Below, one piece after another: positions 38,421 to 50,800 of a stretch of 64,000 nt of DNA. This DNA is from Felis catus (taxonomy: Eukaryota): NCBI RefSeq assembly GCF_018350175.1, contig NC_058368.1, positions 66,218,001-66,282,000 on the forward strand, given 5' to 3'. Made by a program: the position numbers and the translations under genes. The notes under the pieces were generated by a model. That model was not told the DNA's origin. It was given only the letters and a program-made list of their open reading frames with translations, and did not search any database. Within the stretch, counting starts at the first letter, position 1, and every line of letters starts with the position of its first letter.

Positions 38421-39214
38421 TGGTTGCTATTTACATATGAGATGGTATTTCTTTCTCACTCTGAAATGGAGACACAAGCATTTCCTAATGGCTCTGTGTG
38501 AATTTTGACATGGGTTTGGACTCTGTCTGAGAACGTGAAGAACACATAAAATTCTTATTGCAGACTGCTGAGAATCCTGAAACCACTCTTTCCTAAGGAG
38601 GATTCCAGTGACCTGAACTTGCCCGATTCTATCAAGCAATCCTTCAGGTGACCAGTGCCCCTTTCCTCCCGTAAAAATGGAATAAGTCTCACATTGTGAG
38701 CTAGACAGCATAGCTGTTAGATAATTTAAAACATGGGTCGTTGGTTTTGCTCCTTAACTTCGTATAAATCACAATCAAACTACCCATTCACATTGTGCCC
38801 AATGTCCACCTCGGATAAATGATAGAGAAGCAACTGCTTGAGGCTGAATCTTTCATGAGATGGAGGAGATAAAGATGACAGAATTTGTTTGGGGCGATCA
38901 GGACAACATTTTCTCTGACAAAGATGTTCAGAATCCCAATGCGTCCCGTTATTCTGCAGCCACGGTTCTTGCCTCTGAGGTGAGCTCAAATATACTTGTT
39001 AAACTGTTTGGTACAAAGTTTGCAACTCTTCCCTTCTGATGTGAGCCTCGTAGAAGTTGTGTCCTTTTTGTGACCCTCCTGTCCCCCCAGGCTTCTGCAC
39101 CTGCTACAGCCCTTGGTAACAACCAGAGCCTGGCATAAGTTGTACATTTAGAAGCTCAGTGTGCCAGAGGCAAAGAATTTTCCTAAGAGACCTTTGGTGC
39201 CCCAACCTTTACGG

Positions 39215-39411
39215 CAGTGGCTCTCCAACTTTAATTTGCATAAGAATCACCTGGGGGGGGCGACTCTTTAAAAATGCAGATTCCACCGCATCCCCTGCCT
39301 GTTCAAATTCAGTCCTGTCTTCCTTAGAGTTCTGGACTTGGTAGTTTTTATATGCACCCCAGCTTATTCTGATACAAGTGGTCATTCTGGAAGACACTGA
39401 GAGAAACACTA
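39215..39411. mobile_element. MER5A/B-like hAT-Charlie MITE
   Basis: cagtggctctccaactt..gcataagaatcacctggg..ttaaaaatgcagattcc...tgagagaaacacta termini. Confidence 0.8.
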
Positions 39412-39595
39412 CTTTATCGCACTTTTAAAAATGCAAATTTACAAAATTGTATGTGATCATAAACAGAAGAGAAGTATCCCCTACCCCAAACCAGCTCTTA
39501 TATGCTACCAAGTATCACTACAACGTGTGTTTGTGTCTCCGACTCCCCTACCCTGATATGTGCGGGGCAATAGAGTAACAACAACAATAGGGGTG

Positions 39596-39633
<38 letters not shown>
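39596..39633. repeat. (ATA)n microsatellite
   Basis: About 12 perfect units. Confidence 0.95.
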
Positions 39634-39634
<1 letters not shown>

Positions 39635-40002
39635 GCCTATCCTGTAAAAGAGTCTACTGCTTTTTAAGCCAAGATATAGACCTAGAAAGAGTAAAAGCTT
39701 GTGCTTGTGAGAGCTGGTGCTGACGTTTACTACTTATCTGACCTTGAGTCACTATTTCCTCATTTATAAAAGGGACACAGTATTTCCCTCGCAGGATTGA
39801 TGTAAAAGACTGAGCAACTGTCCAGGGCCTGTCCCAAAGCCCAGGCACATATGTGGCAGTCAGTGCTAGTGCGTTCCTTCGTCTCCCCCACGAGGGTAGC
39901 AGGAGCAATTCCGGGGCCTCTATACCAGCCACTCAGGCATCTCCTCCCTGCCACGTTTTCCCAGCATCCTGTGCTTGGCGGGTTGCAAAAAGTATTGGTC
40001 TC

Positions 40003-40610
40003 TGCGTGAGTCAGTTGGGGCTGCTGTCACAGAATACCCTAAACTAGGTGGCCTATAAACAACAGACATTTACTCCCTACGGTTCTGGAGGCTGGGAAGT
40101 CGAAGATTAAGTGCTGGTAGATTCGGTGGCTGGTGAGGGCCCACTTCTGGCTTCGTAGAAGGATGTCTTCTGGCTGTGTCCCTTGCATGTCAGGGCCTAG
40201 GGAGCTCTCTTTTTACAAGGCTTTTCTGAGGGCACTCATCCCATTTATGAGGGCTCCGTTCTCATGACCTAATCACCTCCCCAAAACCTCACTTCCTACG
40301 ACCATCCCCTGAGGGGCTAGGATGTCAACGTAGGAATTTCTTTTACTTTTTTTTAAGGGTATTTATTTATTTTGATGGGGGTGGGGGGAGAGCAAGTGGA
40401 GGGGAGGCAAAGAGACAGGGTGAGAGAGAACCTCAACCAAACAGGCTCCCCGCTGTCAGCAAGATGTCAGTGACATGAGACATGTCAATCTCATGAACTG
40501 CGCGATCATGACCTGAGCGGAAATCAAGAGTCAGATGCTTAACCAAATGAGCCACCGAGGCCTCCCTCAACATGTGAATTTCAAAGGGACACAAACATTT
40601 GGTCCCTGTG
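40003..40610 (-). mobile_element. MLT1A0-like MaLR solo LTR, split by a SINE
   Basis: gttctggaggctgggaagtc, ctcatgacctaatcacctccc, tcaacatgtgaattt..gggacacaaacatt. Confidence 0.88.
40341..40566 (-). mobile_element. CAN-SINE with an internal replaced segment
   Basis: TSD tcaacgtaggaatttc (40325-40340) / tcaacatgtgaatttc (40567-40582). Confidence 0.9.
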
Positions 40611-41120
40611 AGTTTCTTCATATCAGCTGAACTTACAGACACTACCTTTTACCTAAAACACTAGGGAATTTTCTAACAGAAACAAAAGACATGCTGAGCC
40701 AGTGTTCTGGGCAGCTAGAGGTACCTCCACGGAATCAGAGCCATAAGAAGGAGGCATAGCCCTGAGGGAAGAATCCCCTGTAGCATCCTGGAGATGAAGC
40801 CCAGAGACTGAGCATCAGAACACGCTCTTCCCTGGACACAGGGCCTTAGAAGCAGTGGAGGGTTGTCCTCACTCCAAACTACACGAAGACCATCACCTTC
40901 CATCTGTAAAAGTCCGGCTCGTTTAGCTATTCTGTACCACTCGCTAAAAGTGAGGGCCGTATGGTTTAGAGACCAGATCCGAAGGGGCAGGATTAGCACT
41001 CTCTTGAGGAAGTTGAGGATGTGAAATTATGTTCCTGTTCATTGAAGACATAACCGCATCCATATCGGTATGGACAGCAAAGGAGAAAAACAGAGACCAT
41101 CTCCTTTTCTAAAAACACCC

Positions 41121-41508
41121 TGTGTTAGTTTGCTACGTCTGCCCTAAGAAAGTTCCACCCACAGAGAGGCTTAAACAACTTCAACAGCAGAAACGTATTC
41201 TCACACAGTTCTGGAGGCTGTAAGCCTGAAATCAGGTGTAGGTTCCCTCAGAAGGCTCTAGGGAAGGATCTGTTCCAGGCTTCTGGTACAGAAGCTGGTA
41301 GTTCTTTGCTTCGTGTGGTGACGTCCCTGTGCACACATCAGAGTACACATTTCCCCTATTCATAAGGACACACACTGTATTGGATTAGGGGCTCACCCTA
41401 CTTGGTATAACCTCACCTTAACCAATTACATCCGCAATAAACCTATTTCCAAATAAGATCACGTTCTGAGGTATTGATTTCAACCTGGACACGATTCAGC
41501 CCCAGACA
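41121..41508 (-). mobile_element. MLT1B-like MaLR solo LTR
   Basis: tgtgttagtttgcta.., cagttctggaggctg, ggctctagggaaggatctgttccaggc, tatttccaaataagatcacgttctgaggta. Confidence 0.85.
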
Positions 41509-41816
41509 GCAAGGTATATGAATGTTTGGTTAGGAATCAACGTTTTGTGTCATATAAGGACAAGATAACTTCAGCCTAAAATTTTTTCATAATACTTTTC
41601 TTATCTGGTGGCTACCTTTCCACAGGAGTGTGTCGGTGTGACCTCCACGGAATCGTCTTGTCTTAAAACGGCTTCTCCACAAACAGCCGAATGACTTGAC
41701 CTGGTGAATGGGGTCATGTGATGTTCGCCACTTAAATGTTCTTGACTTGATGCAGGGCTTGGTTCTTGAATGTTTTCCCAAAAGTAAAGCAGTCATTTTA
41801 AACTGAGCAATATGTG

Positions 41817-42030
41817 GGGGCACCTGGGTGGCTCAGTCGGTTAAGCATCTGATTTCAGCTCATGTCGTGATCTCAAGGTTTGTGAGTTCAAGCCCCACGT
41901 TGGGCTCTGCATTGACGGTACAGAGACTGCTTAGGATTCTCTCTCTCTCCCTCTCTCTGCCCCTCCCCTGCTCATGTTTCCTCTCTAAATAAATAAATAA
42001 TAAATCTTTTTAAAAATTAAATAAATAAAT
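41817..42030 (+). mobile_element. CAN-SINE
   Basis: TSD aaa(ctg/ata)agcaatatgt at 41800-41815 and 42031-42046. Confidence 0.95.
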
Positions 42031-42434
42031 AAAATAAGCAATATGTTGGTCTTCGAAGGGAAATAATAAGCCAATAAAACTTACACAGCTGCTGTAACTA
42101 GAATCACTAAAATTTACCTTCTTGAAACCGTGAGCGTAAAAAAACAATCTCCAAGCCCAGTTATTTTGTATGGAAACTGACATTTAAATTAGAAATCACT
42201 TAACAACGGTGAGACCTGAACTGTAAAAGGCATTATCTGCGATTAAAATGGTTAGCACACTCACATGCCCGTACAGCAGAGTGATCACATTTCAACTTTA
42301 CTTTTAAACTGATTTTATATGACAGGATCATGTTAGAACCCCATCTGTTCTACTCTGAACCATTTACATTTACTGAACATTTCTGCAAAGCAGGTTAAAT
42401 TCTCAGTTTATTTTTCTGGGGGAAAAAAGTGTGG

Positions 42435-42468
42435 TTTTTTTTTTTTTTTTTTTGGTTTTTTTTTTTTT
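42435..42468. repeat. Poly-T tract interrupted by GG
   Basis: (ggT-run)x2-gg. Confidence 0.9.
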
Positions 42469-44059
42469 GGACAGAGACTAACAATTCTTAACAAGATATT
42501 GTGATTAACAACAACAAAGCTTCTAAAATGAAGCTTTAAGGTGGAAGTTTAAATTGGCTAACAGTCAAGGTATGATGAAAAACCTGTTCATTTGCATTAT
42601 TTAAACAGCCACCGCATATTATTAATTTCAGCTGAGAACTATCAGTATAGTCTATCAATCAGGAACTATCTGAATTGGAAGTCAAGAACTTTCTGGTTCT
42701 TGACTGCATGTTCTCTTTCTCTAGTGACACAGTTTGTTTTTTGTTTGTCTTCTCAGTCTTCCATTTCTGCTTCATCCTGGTTAATCTCTGCATCAGGGTT
42801 TTTGTCACAAACAAAATGGGGATATTAATTCTCAGTCATACCCAATCATACCCACGATGATTGATGAACAAATAAAGTACTTGCACATTTGCCATTGGCA
42901 GGATACACCAGATCCTCACTCACATTTCAGCTCAATGCTCTTTTCAAAATAAGTTGAGTGACGAAAGACTGTACATCCATGTTTTAGGAATTTGTCCGGT
43001 CCTTGAGACGAGCCCAGATCTCCAAGCTGGAAACATGCAGGGGATGTTCTAAATTATCCCCTGTAGGAGCAGAAGTGCAAGAGGTGGGACTAACAAAGGG
43101 GCTTTCTCATCTCCATCTCTGGCGAACATGTTTTTGAAGACCCATTACAGAATGATGAGGCTGGCTACCCCTTCAAGTCAGCTTAACTTTGCAGACAGCC
43201 CAGTGGGCTGCTGTTCCTTACTCTTCCTTACCTGGGTCATTGACACAAGGTCAAGACGATCCTCGGGATTGAGAGTGCAGCCCCCTGGTCAGACTTTTCC
43301 AGGAATGTCTAATTGAGAGGCAGGGATATCCCAGATGAATGTCTTGCCTGTGCCTATGTCTGTGTATTCAACAGATATCACGTAATTAGACTATGAATTA
43401 AAATCAAGAAATATCTAAAACAGAAGAGTTTCAAAATAGGACATTTTCCAACAGTCTTTCGTTTCATCAGCTTCGTAACTTTCCTGCCAAATGTACTCGT
43501 TTATCTTAAACTCAGTTCATCAGTAATCATTGTCCCCCACCTGTGCTCAGCTGTAGTCTGACATCCACATCATCTCAGCAGTGCCCCTCGCCATCTTACT
43601 CCTCGTCACCGACCCTTTGTTTAACCCACAGGAAAGCTCCCTCTTCTGCCAAATTCTGCGAGAGTCTCTATCACTAGTCAAGTGTCATTTCCTGAGTAAA
43701 CTGGGAAACCCTTAAAACGAAGTAAATTTTGGAACATTGTACAGAATAACGGCCAAATTCTCTTTTTCTCTTTTGCACTGTAATTCCCAAATCCTACTTT
43801 TAAAAATTATCACAAAATTACCCAACGCTTCTTTCTTTCTCTCTTTTTTTTTTTTACATGGCAGAGGAGGAAGATGGTGGTGTACATATGTGCGTGCCCA
43901 CGAATGCCTGGTTGCCTTTGATGCTTTATATGGCATAATTTTGTCTAACCATCAGACAAATTGAAAGGATATTCCCCTTTTTAAAAAAAATTCTACAGAC
44001 CCGCATCAATTGGCTAGCATTCTAGTTGATAATGAAATAATATGGGGATATAGAGAATG

Positions 44060-44270
44060 AAACCGACTTTTCTTGAGGTCTTTCTATGCCAGTGTGAGCA
44101 CTTTTCAATTTAATGCATGCGTACGCACTTAGATGTTACTGTGAGTTTGATATCCTACTCGTTTCACGGAGCAGAAAATTGAGTCTCTAACTTTGGACAA
44201 AAGACAACTTGTCCAAAGTCACACAGTTACTTTGTGATGGAACTTGGATTGGAAACCAGATTTTTCTGGC
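44060..44270 (-). mobile_element. MIR fragment
   Basis: gaaaattgagtctc..acttgtccaaagtcacacagtta..ggattggaaaccaga. Confidence 0.7.
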
Positions 44271-44334
44271 ACCACCTATACTTTTGCTGTTCTGTCAGGA
44301 TGTTTTCTCCTCTCTATGCTGCTCCATGATGATA

Positions 44335-44500
44335 ACAATGCAGCTACCATTTATTAAACGTCTCCCACATATTGTGTGCCTTACATTTACGTTCATATAA
44401 TCCCCTGCTACTCTAAACAACACTACCATCGGCACTCTATGCATGAGAAAACTAAAGCTCAGAACACTTGGGTAGCTTGGCCAAGCTAAGAAGTAGCAGA
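44335..44500 (-). mobile_element. MIR fragment
   Basis: cagctaccatttattaaacg..atgagaaaactaaagctcaga..gcttggccaagctaagaagtagcaga. Confidence 0.65.
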
Positions 44501-44502
44501 AC

Positions 44503-45170
44503 CATTATAATCATTATTCATGAATTCCATATCTGTAAAGTGTATTTGTAACCCCAAAATCAATACTCAACAGAGCTTTGCAGTGATTTGCAGGCCTGTG
44601 CAAAGTGGCAAAAATCTGAGTCACCCAATATGCATGCTGCCAACTGAGGTCAAACGAGGCGATGCTCTGCCTCCTTGTTTCAGCTCTCCTACTGTAAACA
44701 GCATCCTTTTCACACTCTATTTAGTGCCATGTATTTCATATGTTTGTGTTTTCTTGTTGTTTTGGGGTTTGGGGGGGGTTGGTAATGTGACTGTTTAAAA
44801 TGACCCCCTCTCAAGCATAGGACTGAAGTGCTACCTAGTTGTCCTAAGTGTGAGAAGGCTGTGATGTGCCTCATTGAGAAAAATGTATGTGTTAGAGAAG
44901 CTTTGCTTGAGTATTACTTATACTGCTGTTGGGCCTGAGTCCATTGTTAATGAATTACATGGATATGGGCGGGGGGGGGGGGGGGGGGGAGATATGTCTT
45001 TAAATAGAACAGACGTACATTTAAAAGGCTACATATTGATTGGTTGACCAGAGACTCGCAGGAAACTAACCCATACTTCCCCTGAGACCAATGCATTGTT
45101 CAATATTCATTACTTCAGTGTTCTCAACGACCTTACAGATCATAACCACCACAAATAACAAAATCAACTG
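44503..45170. mobile_element. MER82 (TcMar-Tigger) non-autonomous element
   Basis: tatttgtaaccccaaaatcaatactc, gctctgcctccttgtttcagctctc, agaaggctgtgatgtgcct; 3' terminus aataacaaaatcaactg|ta. Confidence 0.88.
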
Positions 45171-45879
45171 TATTTGTGTTTCCAGTGTCCACGTTCTTCT
45201 ACCCACCCCCGACGCTCTACACATTCTGTGAAATAAGTGTTCTGTTGTGTGCGATACACCTTTGTTTTTAATATTTTCTCCAGTTTCCCATGGGAGACAT
45301 ACTCCCCTGCCACAACCACCACTGTTCTTTCAAATGTGACACCATTCCACCATCCTGAATTGTTGCTTCAATGACCAATAGATTCTCATCATCATTACAA
45401 AGAAAAACCAACAGGGCACACAGTAAAGCAAACTCATAAAATATTTATTTAAATTGATTTAGCTTAGAGCAAGTTTATATACATAAATAATTTGTACTTT
45501 GTGAGTCAGATTCTGAAATGCATATGCAAAGTGCGGGGCACAGAGTAGTGCTGGGGGCTCTTTTCTGAGCATCCCTGTTCAGCGTTGGAGTTCACACTTG
45601 GGTGTAGAGAAACAAACAATGCAGTGGTCTCCTCTCCCAGGAAATGGTTTCTTATCTACAGCATGAACCTTGTGGAATTTAGCCCTTTCTCGAAAGGAGA
45701 TCATTTCCTGCAAATTTCTCCACTGAGAAAAATAAGAAATAAATCAGCAAGGCTGATATCTTCAACACTGCAAAGGGTTTTTGATTATACCACCCATGAC
45801 TCCTAGTCCTGTTTTTTTGCTAGAGGGCTGCTGACACACCAGCTTTCCTCTAGCTCGTGTGGGAAAATAGAAGATGAAA

Positions 45880-46030
45880 TGGGTTGGGAATCCAAAGACA
45901 TGGCCTCACGTCTGACTTTATGACACACCGAGTCGTCTGGACAAGTCACCGGACCTAGTAGAATCATAGCATCCTCATCTGTAAGATGGTGGAATTGTCT
46001 GCCTGTCTGCTTCCAAAGACTGTAGTCGTT
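45880..46030 (+). mobile_element. MIR fragment
   Basis: gggttgggaatccaaagacatgg..ggacaagtcac..tcctcatctgtaagatgg. Confidence 0.6.
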
Positions 46031-46561
46031 AGAGGAGATATGAATGACTCACCAGGTAAAGAATTTTGTAGTTAACAAAGCATTGTTCACATACATTATC
46101 TCATTTGATACTCACATCAACATTGCCAATTAAGTATAATTACAATTATTACCATTTTGTGAAAAAGTCTTTGCAAACACAAAAGTACTGCGTAAATCAT
46201 TGTACTGTAAAAAGAAATCAGTGGTTTTGAAGACAGCAGAAAGAGGATCGTTAGCATGTGTAATCCTTACAAGGAATTAAGACCAAACATGCCGTTGCCT
46301 AGTTTAAATTAAATGGATCGTAGCACAAGGTGCCAAGGAAAGAGAGCTGGTGAGCCTGAAACTCAGGTCACACTCTGATCTCTAGGACATATGCCCTGGG
46401 GCCGGGATCTATTCTAAATTACACGAAATTGTCAGATGGGCTAGTGCAGTCCTAGGTTAATGAGTCAAGATAATAATCACAGTAATAGTCATGGATACAT
46501 AATAAAATGTGTTTCCCTCACTTTATAATGTGGCATTTTCTCCTAAAAATTCCTTAGTGTT

Positions 46562-46915
46562 TGCATCAATCTGGATAGGCTGAGTAACACAATAGTAACA
46601 AGTAGCTCACAAATCTTGGTGGCTTATCATAGCAAAAGATTTATTTCTTACTCAGGCTACATCCTATATTGTCTCTTGCTTACTTCCATATCTCTTACCC
46701 TAGAGCTCAGGGTGAGAGTGTAGCTGCCATCTTGAACATTGCCAGTTACCAAGGTAGAAGACAAAGAGGTCTGGAGGGTCTCACAGCAGTAATTAAAGTC
46801 TCTGGCCTGGAATTGACACACATCACTTCACTCTCAATTCAGCAGTAACCCAATTACGAGGAGTCAAGAACAATGTGCCTGAAAGTGGGAATAACCAGAA
46901 ATATGTGGCAGGTGG
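46562..46915 (-). mobile_element. Old MLT1 (I/K/L-like) LTR
   Basis: ggataggctg..gtaacaa..aaatcttggtggctta..tttatttcttactca, ctctggcctggaattgacacacatcacttc. Confidence 0.7.
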
Positions 46916-47666
46916 CATGTGGCAGGGCTGAAACAGACTTAAGAGTTTTCTTTGACCATAAGCTCATTGACCATTCCTTGGGACAAGGTTGCCAAAAGGT
47001 CTGGATGCCAACTTCAGCTGCATTAAGGAGACAAATATAATCCGCCCCCACGGAGGGCACAGTTGTGTCCCTAATGCTGCTACACTGACATTGATCATGT
47101 AAACCTTTAGGAACTGATCTTCCTTCTAGAGATAGCAGCATTATCTGTTTTGTGTTACTCAAGTGAATTGCGATGAAAAAATTATGAGGTCACATGCAAT
47201 TTTGTGACATTAGAGATTGGTTATTAATATATTTTACCCTAAACTAATGTGTGCTTAATATTTTTTTATTAGTTGTGTCCAGAAACCTTACAAAGAAAAA
47301 AGTATTTTTCATAGTAATGGCTTTATCTGAAAAACTATTAATTTCTAGAAATGATTACCTTTACAGGAGGATTTTTTTTGTATGTAGCTAAAATTATAGA
47401 CAAAAAATAGAGGAAGGCAGGAGGAGTGTAGACTGCTTCCAGTAGGTGAAAATATCCTGCAAAACATCCCGCAAAATGAAGAGCTTCCATTTTCACCACA
47501 CTTGGGCATGTAATCCTATGGAATATTCCCCGTAGGAGAATTTCAGGAGAACCCTGGAAAGACTGATGCCCTGAAGCCATCCCATTGTCAAGTGGAGTTT
47601 GTAGAATACCCACTCCAACACACATATATTTTGTTTTGTTTAAAAAAAAAAAAACCACAAAACTTA

Positions 47667-47883
47667 GGGCACCTGCGTGGCTCGGTAGGTTGGGCATCCG
47701 ACTTCGGCTCAGGTCATGATCTTGCGGTTTGTGAGTTCAAGCCCCACGAGGGGCTCTATGCTGATGGCTTAGAGCCTGGAGCCTGCTTCAGAGGCTGTGT
47801 CCCCCTCTCTCTCAGCCCCACCCCTGCTTGTGCTCTGTCTCTGTCTTTCAAAAAATGAATAAACGTTAAAAATTTAAAAAAAT
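47667..47883 (+). mobile_element. CAN-SINE (SINEC_Fc-like)
   Basis: gggcacctgcgtggctcgg head, CT tract and aataaacgttaaaaa tail; no clear TSD. Confidence 0.93.
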
Positions 47884-50800
47884 AGATAAGTTTAAAATGG
47901 AATTTTTCAAAATGCTGTTAACAAGTTTGGGAAGAGGAACCAGGCAGATACAAATGTTAGCCATGGGGATTTCTTACTCATAAAGTGCAGAAAACGAGGA
48001 GCATTTCAAGAATTGTTTCCCTGCTGTAGTATTGGAATGCTAAAGTGTAAATATGGTAATGTGAAACACTGTCTTATCTGGCGGGAACTGGAATATACTT
48101 TATTTTACAATCCTACAGGGGAAAAATATTTTGGTATTTTGGATGAGAATCCAAGAGAACGAAGATTCATGCTGACATCAGTCAGAACTCTGCTCATGAA
48201 AAGATATTCCTTTCAAACACAAATGTGTTTGATATATTGTTATTTAACATACATTTAATTATTCCTTTCATTAAGTTGTTCTAATTGTTTCTAAGTATTA
48301 TTTGCCTTCGGTGGAGTAATCTTGTTACTTTTATGATCTCAGAAAGGCAGGATGGGGAATAATTATATCAGGTGCAAACTGGATCCGTGAGTGCTTATTT
48401 TCAAATACACATATAATACCTGGAAGGCCTGGTTATCAAAAGCTATTACGTATAGGAATATCATGAGAGTATTTATTGGCATTGTTTCCGTTTAGGCATC
48501 CAACCCTTAATTTTTTAATTTCGATTTGAAAGTTGCTGTATGAAGCATAATAACCACTTGAAATATGTAGCTTGAGTAGGAGAGAAGCTATAGAAGCCAA
48601 GGAGGATTTTAATTATGAACTCCACTTCAGCAAAATTGCCAGCAGTGGGAGAGTGGCTGTGCAAGCATTTAGGTTAGGACGGGGTGGTGCATGAAACACA
48701 TTTGCGGTAGGATAATCTTTCCCCTGCTCAGTAACACAAAGTTAGGTGGAAAGTTTCCCTGACTTCCGGACAACCAGGCCCATAGCAAACTTGTGATTGT
48801 GCTGCCATGTGACAAGTAGAGATGAAAAGAATGCTAGGAGAATCCAGGTTAGAAGACATGAATAAAGAAGAAGACCATAATTCATATTACAATGTGACTC
48901 TTCGTTGCAACTCACTTGAAAATTGGCCGTTGCAGGGAAGACCATCAAGATTGGATGGCATTTGTTTCACGATACATATGGCAACGTATTCTACGACCTT
49001 TGCCGAAAGATAGAAGATGCCCAGGTCACCATTACTGGGAAACAAACGCGAACCCTCAGGCAGTGTGGCGATGAGGAATGATCTTGAGCTTTGGAATTGG
49101 GCAGAGTTAGATTTCTGGGCTGATTCTGCCATTGAATAACTGGACAACTTTGGATGGAATCATAAATAAGATTTTTTTTTCTCAAAGGTCACTGGGAGAA
49201 TTAAATGAATTGCCAGATGTAAAGCCTGAATGCACTCAATACTTAACCGTTGCTTCCTTATCTAAAGAGGAAGAATCCTAGAACCAGCTCTTCTCATTCT
49301 ATGTGAGGAAATTGGTGCCCAGAAATGACAAAGTCCTCTTCCAGGTCACATGACCTGGGGGGCATTGGTTGGATTCCCTGTGCCAAGAAGAAGGGTTTCC
49401 CTTGCCCTCTCTTGTGCCGGCAGTGGATCCCATAATGCAAAGGAGGCGGGGGTAGAGATGGGGGAACAGATCTACCCAAGACCATCTGAGGCATCTGCCT
49501 ACCCATTGCCAGTGTTAGGGCTGTGGATCTGGGCATGATTCCTGAAATCATGTGTGGACCAATCTCTTCTCACACCCCAGCATTCCCCCAGTGGGGACTG
49601 GATCATCAAGCCATGAGCCATTTCTTGCCATGTAGTCAACTATGAGAAAGAAAGGACCTGGGTGGTCCCAATAGCTGGACAGTCCTGACCAAGCCTCTTA
49701 AATTCTCTGGATTTAAATTGTCAGACTCATCTCAAAGGATTGTTGAGAGAATTACAGATAATATACCTAATAGCACCCAATGGAGAGCCCATCGTATAAA
49801 TGCATAGCAGAAAATAAATGACAGTTATTACTTTTTGAACTATTACCATTATTGCAGATGACAGTAAGAATAGTCAACCTTTATGATTGCACTTTGTGCC
49901 AAGCATTGTAATAAGAATCTTCCATCTAACCCTCACACGAGTGCAATGAGGGAGCTATTATTTCTTCCTTCAGTTGAGGAATCTGAAGCCAGAACAGATC
50001 AGGCCGGGGAGTGGGAGGGACACAGTGCGTGAAGATACTCCTAAACATTGCCTGGCCCGAGGGCACCGTAGAGGTACCTTTGCAAAGAATGTATAGAAGG
50101 CCAGCTGTGTCCTCACTGCTATGTTGTTTTGACCACTGCTGAACTGATCAGTACCATGCCCCTAGTACCCCATACAAGACTTGCTATGCAGTAGATGTTC
50201 AACAAATTTTTATCACTTTGGTGAAGTGATAAATTTAGTGAATGATAAATATTGCTGCACTCAGGTCTTTACAGTGGCTCAACAGACAATTCCAGGGACC
50301 CTTGGGCTAGCAGTAATCAATCATAAAGGCTGTTTGTAGAGGCAGCTTAGCACCGTGGAGCCAAAGAGAATCCAACCATGAAGAGAGAGGAAATATTACT
50401 AAGCAGAAAATTAAAAACTGTCATCTTGGCTGTTTGCCTCGGTGGCGTTGTGTCTGAGCAAGCACGTTCAGAAACATTTGGCAGCCCGTGCCATTGACTC
50501 TCTAACTCTCCAAGAATAAGGAAAGCATCAGAAATAAATTTACTTCCTGATTAATTTTCTATAGAATGTTTTCCCCCACCAAGATACAAAGGGCAACTTA
50601 AAAGCCATGAGATTATTAAAAATTAATGCGAAATGCTGTTATCGAGGGTTTGCTTATTTCACTGTTATTAAAAATGCAAACAGATTGGGTGAAACATTTT
50701 CAGCTTGAAAGAGATCTCAGAAAATGATTTTCTTATCATTAAAGTGCAAGCTAAGCAGAGTGACAGTAAGTGATCTTTCCCTCTGGTCAGTTTTTCCTAA

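Noticed and set aside
50209..50233. 10-bp hairpin tttatcactt/aagtgataaa
   Set aside because: Short and AT-rich; not beyond chance and no functional context.
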